46,241 nt of DNA from Dialister sp. CAG:486 (GTDB lineage: Bacteria > Bacteroidota > Bacteroidia > Bacteroidales > Paludibacteraceae): the NCBI GenBank assembly GCA_963635385.1, contig CAVHGD010000009.1, positions 1 through 46,241 of the forward strand, read 5' to 3'. A program made the position numbers and the translations under genes. Of this stretch, positions 16,714-24,932 are shown one piece after another; the stretch's first letter is position 1; every line of letters begins with the position of its first letter. A model generated the notes under the pieces. It did no database searches and was not told the DNA's origin. It saw only the letters and a program-made list of their open reading frames with translations.

Positions 16714-18815
16714 TCCGTGAATTCTCCCTGCTCGTCGATATAATACACATTCAGCGCTTTCAGCCTATCTATTGCCAACTCATCTCCTTTGGCTGCCGCC
16801 TTACGATACCAAAATATCGCTTTCTCTTGGTCGGCTTCCACGCCCATCCCTTGTTCGTACATCCAACCCAACCTATATTGCCCCACCTTATTGCCCTTTT
16901 CGGCGGCTCGGGTATGGAGCCGCACGGCTTCGGCCTCGTTTTTCTCAATCAACTCCCCTTTGCAATAGCAGTAGGCTAACTGCAGCATGGCGTCTTCATC
17001 CTCTTTTTCGATGGCCAATTCATACCAATGTTTCATTTCATCACCGCTTTTCGGCACCCCATCTCCGTATCGATAGCACCTTGCTATGTTACGCATAGCC
17101 GCAGCATACCCCTTATCCGCTGCCCGCCGATACCATTCGAGTGCCTTATCGTAATCCTGCTCACAACCGTTTCCGTCATGATAATAATTTGCCACATTAT
17201 TCATGGCGACAATACCTCCCAAATCGGCTGCTTTCAGGTACCATTCAAACGCTTTTTCATAATCCGCATCATCGCCGACTTGTCCTCTATCATACATACA
17301 TCCCAAATTATTCATAGCGGCATCGTTTCCCTCTTCCGCCAATTCCGAGTAGAGGCGAAAAGCTTTTTGATAGTCTGGTTCCACAGCCCCATTACCATCC
17401 GCATAGATATAAGCCACCTCAAATCGCACTTCCTTACTTCCGTTCGCCAACGCCATATCCCCCCATCGCACGGCTTCTTTATAGTCTTTCTGCCCGAACC
17501 AGCCATTGTAATAGGCCTTAACCAATCGCTCTTGTGCCGACACACAGCCCCTCTGCGCACTCTCGACATAACAAACACGCGCAAAGGTCGGGTTCTTCAC
17601 AAATCCATTCCAACCAAACAGAAAATCATCCCCATAGTCCTTTTGCCTTGCAGGCGTTTCATCACGGATATAGGCTCGGAGGTCGTCTTCGGTATCGATT
17701 GCCTTGGCGGCAATGGCTTGCATCCGAGCGAAACGAGATGCGCTCTGTGGCACCCCATATTTGCCCTCCTTATACGCCTCCGCCAACACCTTCGCATAGT
17801 TGGCATTCCCCGCTTGCGCCAATCGAGCCATCCACGGCAGAGCCAATACGGCTTGACGCTCGCCCCCTTCGCGATACAGCTCCACAATCCGCTCGCAGCT
17901 TTCTTGGTCGGCAAACTCGGACACACACTCCTTATACGCAGCTATCGCCTTCGCCTTGTCTTCGGCACACCCTACCCCATGTCGGTAGTCGTGCGCCACC
18001 TGCCGCATAGCAGGCAAATAGTGTTGCCGAGCCGCCTTTACCTCCCACTGGTGCGCCAATCGGTCACTCTTGGGGGCATGCGTCCCTTCACGGAACAGGG
18101 CCGCTATCTGCTGTTGGGCAATGGGGCAGATATGTTTCGCACCATATTGGCGGCTCAGCCCGCACTCCGTGCAGCCGTTTTGGGCTTCTTGCACCATTCG
18201 GCTATAGGCCTCCGTGTTGCATAGAGTAGTTTGATACCCCTGCAAGGCCTTCTGCCGCTCGCGACAATAGTCGGTCGGCGCAACCGGTGTGGCGGTAGGC
18301 AATTCAAAATCGAGGAGCGAGTCTTGCAGCCGTACCGACACCCCGAACAGGGAGTCATCCGCCCACACCGCTGCGCAATAGACCACACGACTTGCCGTCA
18401 CGAAATCGTTCCACGTCTTGGAGTGCATAAAGTCGTCCTCACCGTAGCCTGTCTCGGTGGTCAGATGCACTATCAATGCGCCCTCATGCACCAAAGGCCT
18501 GTCACCCCGCACATTCTTCCAATCCTGATAGATCGGCACGATGCGGGCCGTCTTGAAAAGCCGTTTCTCCATGGCGGTTGCCCGCTCCATATCCGCGCGG
18601 CGCTGACCATACAGGAATAGGGTCGTCACCAACTCCGTTGAACACCCCAAGTCTTTGAGCACCCGCGCAAACGCCTTGCTCCCCCGCAGACGCCCACGGT
18701 CCGCCCCCTCGCAGCGGTACTCCACAAGCGTGATAGACGGCACAACGGCTATCAGCCGACGCAGCTCGTCATTGTCCATCAGGGCTCTATATAAGGTATC
18801 GATATTAGCGGTCAT
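16710..18815 (-). CDS. 701-aa protein: unknown N-terminal domain (~265 aa) plus a long Sel1-like (SLR/TPR-like) repeat array
   Basis: From about residue 270 onward there are many repeats of the Sel1 pattern (A..WY.KAA..G...A...LG..Y..G.GV..D...A..W). I recognised no family for residues 1-265 and saw no TM segment or signal peptide. It overlaps the MotB-like gene by 11 nt. Confidence 0.75.
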   Translation of the reverse strand: MTANIDTLYRALMDNDELRRLIAVVPSITLVEYRCEGADRGRLRGSKAFARVLKDLGCSTELVTTLFLYGQRRADMERATAMEKRLFKTARIVPIYQDWKNVRGDRPLVHEGALIVHLTTETGYGEDDFMHSKTWNDFVTASRVVYCAAVWADDSLFGVSVRLQDSLLDFELPTATPVAPTDYCRERQKALQGYQTTLCNTEAYSRMVQEAQNGCTECGLSRQYGAKHICPIAQQQIAALFREGTHAPKSDRLAHQWEVKAARQHYLPAMRQVAHDYRHGVGCAEDKAKAIAAYKECVSEFADQESCERIVELYREGGERQAVLALPWMARLAQAGNANYAKVLAEAYKEGKYGVPQSASRFARMQAIAAKAIDTEDDLRAYIRDETPARQKDYGDDFLFGWNGFVKNPTFARVCYVESAQRGCVSAQERLVKAYYNGWFGQKDYKEAVRWGDMALANGSKEVRFEVAYIYADGNGAVEPDYQKAFRLYSELAEEGNDAAMNNLGCMYDRGQVGDDADYEKAFEWYLKAADLGGIVAMNNVANYYHDGNGCEQDYDKALEWYRRAADKGYAAAMRNIARCYRYGDGVPKSGDEMKHWYELAIEKEDEDAMLQLAYCYCKGELIEKNEAEAVRLHTRAAEKGNKVGQYRLGWMYEQGMGVEADQEKAIFWYRKAAAKGDELAIDRLKALNVYYIDEQGEFTE

Positions 18816-19512
18816 GGCGTATCAAATTTTCCAACACACGGTAGTCGTCGGTGATCAACTTTATCTCTACGCGGCGGGACTTGGCGCAATCGATTTGGCG
18901 CATATCCTCCACGAAACGGCCCTCCCCGTCGAGCGCTCGGCTGTAGGAATAGCCGTTAGCCGTCAGCCAAAAATCCACCTGCTTTCGGTCCGCCTCGGGC
19001 AATGCGGTGTATTCCGGCATGGTGCGAATATAGGCAATCACACTGCGGGCACGGTTCTGGGACAGCTTCAAGTTGGCCATATACGGATCGGGATCGAGCG
19101 CCGGGAATGGAATGGTATCGGTATGGCCCTCGATACGAATCTCCTTGATACTACCCCGCAGAGAATCCGCCAACAAGATATGCAGATAGGCCGGAATGAC
19201 CGACGAAAGCATAGCGGCAAACTCCGGCTTGATATGCCAATCGCCCCGACCGAACAGACTCTCCGCCCGCGTGAACCGCATCGTGAGGTCGCTGCCGATG
19301 GCCATCGTGCCCTCGCCTATCTCCTGCCGGAACTCCGTTTCTAACTTGTCGTGCAGCTGCTGCTTGGTATCGACATAGTCCGACAGGCGTACCTCCTTTT
19401 CCCGATTGAGCTGCATGGCCCGATGCATATACGCCACCGACACAAACAGGAAAATGACCATCAGCCCCGTCATGAGGTCCGACACCGACATCCATACATT
19501 CGTTTTTGCCAT
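18805..19512 (-). CDS. MotB-like / OmpA-family protein (N-terminal TM with conserved Asp, C-terminal peptidoglycan-binding OmpA domain)
   Basis: The ORF track starts at 19548. I prefer the ATG at 19512 (MAKTNVWMSVSDLMTGLMVIFLFV...), 7 nt after the upstream stop. It has the OmpA motif IRIEGHTDT...NLKLSQNRARSV...GYSYSRAL...SRRVEIKL. Confidence 0.8.
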   Translation of the reverse strand: MAKTNVWMSVSDLMTGLMVIFLFVSVAYMHRAMQLNREKEVRLSDYVDTKQQLHDKLETEFRQEIGEGTMAIGSDLTMRFTRAESLFGRGDWHIKPEFAAMLSSVIPAYLHILLADSLRGSIKEIRIEGHTDTIPFPALDPDPYMANLKLSQNRARSVIAYIRTMPEYTALPEADRKQVDFWLTANGYSYSRALDGEGRFVEDMRQIDCAKSRRVEIKLITDDYRVLENLIRHDR

Positions 19513-19519
19513 AGCCGTA

Positions 19520-20254
19520 CTATTTAGCGTTTTGCACAATAGCGTCAAGCTTCTCGGCCATCGACTTCACCTGCTCCGACAACTCGGACAGCGTATTCTC
19601 GATGGCGGCCGCCGACTCCGCCGTCGTCAGCCGGACTACCCCCTGACGGTCGTGCTGACCCGCCATCATATTCAGCGTCGTTGTCAATTCCTCCAGCCGG
19701 ACATTGATTTGCTCGATATCATCGCTTGCCTGACGGACGCTCGCCACCAAAGTGTCGATATTCAGGTCGGTCTTATCGGCCGAATCGGCGGATTGGAGCT
19801 GCTTGAGCTCATCGGTATGGAGCTGCTTTAGCTCGGCGGTACGAAGCTCCACCTCATGGCGCAGATTCTCTATGGCCGACACCACTCGGAGGACCATCTC
19901 GGAACGTTCCATCTCCCATTTCGCCTTTTTATCCAACTTGTCAAACCTACGATTCACCACGTGGCTCAAAATCAACGAGCCAATCATACCACAGATGGAG
20001 GTAAAAAAGGCGGTCTGCAAGCCCGAAAGCAACTCGGGGATACTGGCATCGATATCCGACACGTTGAAATTCGCCAAACCGACCGTGATACCAATGAAAG
20101 TGCCCAACACGCCCAAAGTCGAGACCAAGGCGGGGAACTGCTCAATCCATTGCCTGTTGGCCTGTATTTCACTATCTTCTTTCATGAAAAGGTACGCACG
20201 AGCCGTCAAAAACGCACCTACAATAAACATACAAAGCAGAATCGTTAATAGCAT
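19520..20254 (-). CDS. MotA/TolQ/ExbB-family proton-channel protein with a ~140-aa C-terminal coiled-coil tail
   Basis: 244 aa. It has three hydrophobic segments and the family signatures STLGVLGTFIGITVGL and GLQTAFFTSICGMIGSLIL. Residues ~105-244 are heptad-like and charged (ELRTAELKQLHTDELKQLQS...). Confidence 0.75.
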   Translation of the reverse strand: MLLTILLCMFIVGAFLTARAYLFMKEDSEIQANRQWIEQFPALVSTLGVLGTFIGITVGLANFNVSDIDASIPELLSGLQTAFFTSICGMIGSLILSHVVNRRFDKLDKKAKWEMERSEMVLRVVSAIENLRHEVELRTAELKQLHTDELKQLQSADSADKTDLNIDTLVASVRQASDDIEQINVRLEELTTTLNMMAGQHDRQGVVRLTTAESAAAIENTLSELSEQVKSMAEKLDAIVQNAK

Positions 20255-20438
20255 AATACTTTCTTTATTTTGTTTTTCTTTTGGGACAGTTTCGTTTTTA
20301 GGGGCTGTCGGGGGGGGCAGTGTTTATGCGGGAGACTTGAGAGTATGCTTATGCTAATTGGGAGTCGAGGCCGGTAGGGAGATGCGATAGTATCAATGAG
20401 CAGCGACAGCAAGCAAAGATAGCCACAAAAATAACAAG

Positions 20439-20470
20439 CAAAGATACAATAAAAAATCCGAATATCCAAG
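20439..20470 (-). promoter_or_regulatory. Candidate promoter(s) for the MotA-like operon
   Basis: On the minus strand TATCTTTG occurs twice (plus-strand CAAAGATA at 20414-20421 and 20439-20446). The distal box has CTTG 20 nt upstream. The boxes are about 160-190 nt upstream of the ATG at 20254. Confidence 0.4.
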
Positions 20471-20579
20471 TGCAGAGAGTGGATTTTTATAAAAATGTTT
20501 CAAAATAGGCAGCAAATAGGAATGGAGCGTTACTATAAGTGCCATCCATAGCAGAGAGAATACCATAGCATATAGAATC

Positions 20580-20631
20580 GAAAAAAAGACCCAATAGTCT
20601 TTCCATAATTCGGATAATGACTATTAGGTCT
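20580..20631 (-). terminator. Intrinsic terminator downstream of the LRR gene
   Basis: A 13-bp stem with one mismatch (AGACCCAATAGTC at 20587-20599 / GACTATTAGGTCT at 20619-20631) is followed on the minus strand by a U-run (plus-strand A7 at 20581-20587). Confidence 0.6.
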
Positions 20632-20687
20632 ATTTTGGAATTAGCGCCATTTGTTGCGATAGGCGCAGAAGCTACTTCCTATATCGG

Positions 20688-22883
20688 CTATTTTATTTCC
20701 ATACCGGTTGCGGTATAGGTCTTGTCACCGTTTTTGATGAGGATTTGACCGTTGCGCAGAATCTTATAGGCGTGAGACACCTGTTCCGTTTCCGTATTTT
20801 CAATGGCCGTTTCCGTCTCAATGAAGTTGGAGAACAAACACCATCCTTTTGCCGATTGGTAAGCGGACTTCGTACCACGCGGAATGTATATCGGAGTATC
20901 TAGATGTACACCTATAACAAAATAATATTGCCAGGAAACAGCACCTTCTAATACCGGTGGCGTTTCAGTTAAAATAGTCAGAGATTTAATTTTGGAACAC
21001 TTATAAAACGCCATATCTCCAATAGTTGTTACACTATGAGGGATAGTGATAGACCCTGTTGCAGCACTACTACATGCCAATAGTGTCGACCGTGTTGCAT
21101 CCTTATAGACTAAATAACCATCCACATACCCATTCATGCTTCTTGCATCCCATGGGGCATCTACTGAATCCGTTCCATTGTAAACAATATTTGGAACATA
21201 TTCAAAAGCAGAGTATCCAATAGTCTTTACACTATTTGGAATAGTGATTGTGGTAAGAGCGGTGCAATCTGCAAAGGCTAGATCTCCTATACTTGTTACA
21301 CTGTTTGGAATAGTGATAGACCCTGTTGCGGCACTACTGCATGCCAATAGTGTCGACCGTGTTGCATCTTTATAAACAAAATAGCCATCCACATACCCAT
21401 TTCTGCTTTTTTCATACCATTCTCCATATACAGAATCCGATCCGCTGTAAATGATATTTGGAACATTTTGAAAGGCCGCATCTCCAATAGTCTTTACACT
21501 ATTTGGGATTGTGAGGGAAATAAGAGCAGTACAATAAAAGAAAGCGCCGCCTCCAATGTCTGTTACACTATTTGGGATTGTTAGGCTCGTTAAAGCGCTA
21601 CACTCCGAAAATGCACCGTCTCCAATGCTTGTTACACCATTTGGGATGGTTGTTGATTTGCAACCTTTTACTAATGTATTCGTAGCTGTTTCTATAATGG
21701 CATTACAGTTATTACGGCTATCATACTTCGGATTTCCTTCTTCTACCACAATCGAAGAAAGATTATTACTGAAATACAAAACACAAGAGCCATAATCATC
21801 TACAATACTTGTTAGACTTTTGGGAATAGTAATAGAAGTCCAATCAATGTAGTCACAGAAAGCACCAGATTCTATACTTTGTACGCCATCCGGAATAAAT
21901 GTAGATTTGCAACCAAGTATTAATTTGTTCGTGGCAGTTTCTATGATAGCATTACATTTATCACGGCTATCATATTTCGGATTCCCTTTTTCAACCACAA
22001 TCGAAGAAAGACTACTACAGCCCCCAAAAGCATAATCCCCAATACTTGTTACACTGCTTGGGATGGTGATAGAATGCAGACCGACGCAATTGGTAAAAGC
22101 ACAATCTTCTATACTCGTTACACCCTCCGGAATAGTTGAATTTCTGCAACCTTGTACTAATTTATTCGTAGCTGTTTCTATGATGGCATTACAATTATCA
22201 CGACTATCATAATTCGGATTGCCTTCTTCTACCACAATCGAAGAAAGACTGATACAATCATCAAAAGGATATTGTGACTCATAAAATACATATTCATCAT
22301 CTACTGCGTTCCCAATACTTGTTACACTATTTGGGATGGTGACAGAGGTAAGAGCTGTGCATTCAGCAAAGGCGTTATTTCCTATACTTGTTACACTGTT
22401 AGGTATAGTGACAGAGGTAAGAGCTGTGCATTCAGCAAAGGCTCTATTTCCTATAGTCCGGACACCTTCCATATTGATAGAGGTAAGATTAGCACAGTCT
22501 GCAAAAGTTGATTTTTCAATGCTCGCAACACTATTAGGAATGGTAATTGAGGAGATACCAGACCCGTAAAATGCGTGATCTCCAATACTCGTTACGCTAT
22601 TGGGAATAGTAATAGAAATAAGTTCACTACAGTCCCCAAATGCATACTTGCGTATTCGCGTAACGCTATAGGATATCCCATTATATGTCACAGTGGATGG
22701 AATAGTAACCGTTGTGTAATGATAATGAGAAAAAGCATCTTCTATCGTATCTGACAATTCTACCGTATAGGGTGCAACACTACTTGTAATTTTATAAAAC
22801 AAGCCATCGTACTTAAAATCATACGCAAAAATGGCGGTGGTGGTAAATAATGCCACCAATAATGATAGGAATTTTGTTTTCAT
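20688..22883 (-). CDS. BspA-type leucine-rich repeat (LRR_5-like) surface protein with signal peptide
   Basis: The ORF track starts at 22913. I prefer the ATG at 22883 (MKTKFLSLLVALFTTTAIFA). It has about 23-aa repeats of the form IPNSVTSIGxxAFxxCxxLTSxT throughout, plus larger repeated modules (SSIVVEEGNP.YDSR.NCNAIIETATN.L..GC three times). Confidence 0.85.
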   Translation of the reverse strand: MKTKFLSLLVALFTTTAIFAYDFKYDGLFYKITSSVAPYTVELSDTIEDAFSHYHYTTVTIPSTVTYNGISYSVTRIRKYAFGDCSELISITIPNSVTSIGDHAFYGSGISSITIPNSVASIEKSTFADCANLTSINMEGVRTIGNRAFAECTALTSVTIPNSVTSIGNNAFAECTALTSVTIPNSVTSIGNAVDDEYVFYESQYPFDDCISLSSIVVEEGNPNYDSRDNCNAIIETATNKLVQGCRNSTIPEGVTSIEDCAFTNCVGLHSITIPSSVTSIGDYAFGGCSSLSSIVVEKGNPKYDSRDKCNAIIETATNKLILGCKSTFIPDGVQSIESGAFCDYIDWTSITIPKSLTSIVDDYGSCVLYFSNNLSSIVVEEGNPKYDSRNNCNAIIETATNTLVKGCKSTTIPNGVTSIGDGAFSECSALTSLTIPNSVTDIGGGAFFYCTALISLTIPNSVKTIGDAAFQNVPNIIYSGSDSVYGEWYEKSRNGYVDGYFVYKDATRSTLLACSSAATGSITIPNSVTSIGDLAFADCTALTTITIPNSVKTIGYSAFEYVPNIVYNGTDSVDAPWDARSMNGYVDGYLVYKDATRSTLLACSSAATGSITIPHSVTTIGDMAFYKCSKIKSLTILTETPPVLEGAVSWQYYFVIGVHLDTPIYIPRGTKSAYQSAKGWCLFSNFIETETAIENTETEQVSHAYKILRNGQILIKNGDKTYTATGMEIK
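22319..22456. repeat. Near-perfect 69-bp tandem duplication inside the LRR gene
   Basis: GACAGAGGTAAGAGCTGTGCATTCAGCAAAGGC occurs at 22341-22373 and 22410-22442 (period 69 nt, one 23-aa LRR unit). Confidence 0.8.
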
Positions 22884-22964
22884 TGTTCTTACTTTTTGAT
22901 AGAACCCACCCATCGATGGAAGTAAAATACGAACTTAACAGCATCAATGGATAAGCCATTATTG

Positions 22965-23017
22965 AAAAAATTGGATGGGGGGACTATCTAACACTCATAT
23001 ATTGTTAAGCAGTCCCC
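22965..23017 (-). terminator. Possible terminator after the HEPN-motif gene
   Basis: GGGGACT (22979-22985) pairs with AGTCCCC (23011-23017) around a loop of about 25 nt that has an inner TAACA/TGTTA stem. On the minus strand a U-run (plus-strand A6 at 22965-22970) lies 8 nt downstream. Confidence 0.35.
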
Positions 23018-23031
23018 TATTCCCTAATAAT

Positions 23032-23421
23032 TCATTTTTTACGACTATTCTCCAAAACAGCCACAAATTTCCAGAATATATTCAGAGATATCGACATCTC
23101 TAACGTATTTGTTCCTTTTTGGGAGTAATCCTTCAAAATGATATTTCCGTTCTCTTCTTTAACATGTCCATGTGCCATAGCATTTCGGATATGTCTTAGC
23201 AAATCATACACCTTATCTTTACTATATTGAAACTTACAATATTGCGATACATTATGCGAACCATTGTATTGGTAGAACAAACATTGAATGCCGTGTTCTT
23301 TGATAAACGATTGCAGACACTCATCATCCCAATTGTATTCATCATAATGTCCTTTTATCTCATTGGCAAATCGGACAATAAAGTCGTATCTCCTTGCTTT
23401 TTCTACTTTGGTGAGTTCCAT
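23032..23421 (-). CDS. Small (129 aa) protein with an RNxxxH HEPN-type motif (putative RNase/toxin)
   Basis: LLRHIRNAMAHGHV: R79-N-A-M-A-H84 is encoded at 23170-23187 (checked by hand: cga aat gct atg gca cat). The size and predicted helical character fit minimal HEPN domains. This is motif-level evidence only. Confidence 0.55.
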   Translation of the reverse strand: MELTKVEKARRYDFIVRFANEIKGHYDEYNWDDECLQSFIKEHGIQCLFYQYNGSHNVSQYCKFQYSKDKVYDLLRHIRNAMAHGHVKEENGNIILKDYSQKGTNTLEMSISLNIFWKFVAVLENSRKK

Positions 23422-23438
23422 TTCAAAATTTCTAATTT

Positions 23439-23663
23439 TTAGTTATTTGCAAGAGTCGGGTGAAATGGGTCAACGAATGTAACATCCTCGGGAGATACCC
23501 GATATACCTTATGAGTACCATTTTCTACAACAATGGCACAAGACTCATTGGCGATTGTATCACCGACATTGTTCATTATAGGCATTAGTCCCCATTCCTC
23601 AAACACACCTGTTTTCTCTTGCAACTGGTCGCCAATCTTAATTAAAAAATTTACGTTTCTCAT
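23439..23663 (-). CDS. Hypothetical 74-aa protein, upstream partner of the HEPN-motif gene
   Basis: The ORF ends 17 nt before the 129-aa gene on the same strand. I recognised no family. Confidence 0.45.
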   Translation of the reverse strand: MRNVNFLIKIGDQLQEKTGVFEEWGLMPIMNNVGDTIANESCAIVVENGTHKVYRVSPEDVTFVDPFHPTLANN

Positions 23664-23736
23664 TTTCTTGTAATTTAATTTTGTGAAACAATATATTTAT
23701 TCAGCGGGCAAAACATCATTGTGGTTTGCACTCGCA

Positions 23737-24516
23737 TTAGTTTAATTTGTCATAAACAAGACGTACGGAATAATATTTATATTTACCACTGCTAGAAACA
23801 TACAAATCATCATATCCATCAAAATAAAGAATATAAGCTCCATCATCGTCGTATTGTGTAGCAGACCAATAGTACAAACTAGCTTTGAGGTCGTTTGAAG
23901 ATGCAGGCAGGAATATAGCGCCTGCATTTTGCATACTTTCCCATTCCGATATGGTATAGACATTTGTCTTATAGCCATCGCCATAACCACTATCAAAAGT
24001 AAGCCCCTTAGGTGATTCGAAGTTATCCGGCAAAATAATAAGACCTTGCACATTATTCACTTTGGCAAGCCCCCACAATGCCTGTGAATTAAGACGGCCA
24101 CTTATTAAATAGGACCACTCATCGCTTTTCAATGTGCGCCATGAGTGATATGATCCGTCTATCGAATTAACGCCCCAATCGGTAAAAGAGCTCTTATACT
24201 CATAATAGCCGGCAATAAACATCGGGTCGCGACCTGTTCCCCATGCAAACAGATCTATCCAACCGTTGCCCCCGACATTATCATTAGCACTACGATTATA
24301 CACATCATATTGATGTTCTGCAAAGCGCCATGTTCCGGAACCTGGGGAGTACTGCAGATTTCCTTTTGAGAAAATAACCTTCTTGTTATCACCCACAGAA
24401 AAGTAGTGAACACTTGCCGATGGATCATCATCGGTGTCTAATCCGTTCTTGTCTTTGTTGCACGCTACAAAAGACATTGCAACAATACACAGTAACATAC
24501 TCATTAGTTTTTTCAT
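23737..24516 (-). CDS. Lipoprotein with a DUF1566/FISUMP-like C-terminal domain
   Basis: The ORF track starts at 24546. I prefer the ATG at 24516 (MKKLMSMLLCIVAMSFVAC, lipobox-like). WRTLKSDEWSYL...GAIFLPASS...YYWSAT...YYSVRLVYD resembles the WR.P...E...L...A.FLPA.G.R...YWS...SVR.V pattern of that fold. Confidence 0.65.
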   Translation of the reverse strand: MKKLMSMLLCIVAMSFVACNKDKNGLDTDDDPSASVHYFSVGDNKKVIFSKGNLQYSPGSGTWRFAEHQYDVYNRSANDNVGGNGWIDLFAWGTGRDPMFIAGYYEYKSSFTDWGVNSIDGSYHSWRTLKSDEWSYLISGRLNSQALWGLAKVNNVQGLIILPDNFESPKGLTFDSGYGDGYKTNVYTISEWESMQNAGAIFLPASSNDLKASLYYWSATQYDDDGAYILYFDGYDDLYVSSSGKYKYYSVRLVYDKLN

Positions 24517-24932
24517 AAAGATTTCCCTAATTCGTGTCGGGCGCAACTGTTAAGCGGTGGGCAGACGCATTGATTAAATAGGATTTTTGAAGGTATTTTG
24601 CCCATGATACCGTCATTCGATTTAGCGTTAGACACACAAAAAAAGCGCAGACCTCGTATTGTTTCATCGCAATCAGAGGCCTTCGCAATACCCTACACTT
24701 CGATAAACAATAGGAAACCTACGCTAATATGACGGCACACTATGCTTAGATACAACCAAGCATAGCATGACTAAACGTCATACCCATAGGCATCTATTGC
24801 TACTTTGCAGTTGAAGTGTATCGAAAGTTGCGAAGTTTCTGATTACAAGCCACAAAGCGTCAATAAACGCTATTCAATATGTCCAATCCACCCTGCAACG
24901 AGGACATACCCCCTTCAGCGTAGATTCGGCCA

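Noticed and set aside
17028-18224. 398-aa plus-strand ORF opposite the Sel1-repeat gene
   Set aside because: It is an antisense shadow. The minus-strand frame carries regular Sel1 repeats and is translationally coupled to its neighbours.
16039-20254. Calling the MotAB-like operon a canonical Zorya, Tol-Pal, Ton or flagellar stator locus
   Set aside because: There are no ZorC/D/E-like helicase or nuclease genes and no TolR/ExbD, TolA/TonB, Pal or flagellar genes. The MotA-like tail is far shorter than ZorA. It is reported as an unclassified candidate instead.
20245-20469. 74-aa minus-strand ORF upstream of the MotA-like gene
   Set aside because: It overlaps the predicted promoter/leader and the MotA-like start. 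Its sequence is low-complexity and Cys/Leu/Ser/Pro-rich, so it is probably spurious.
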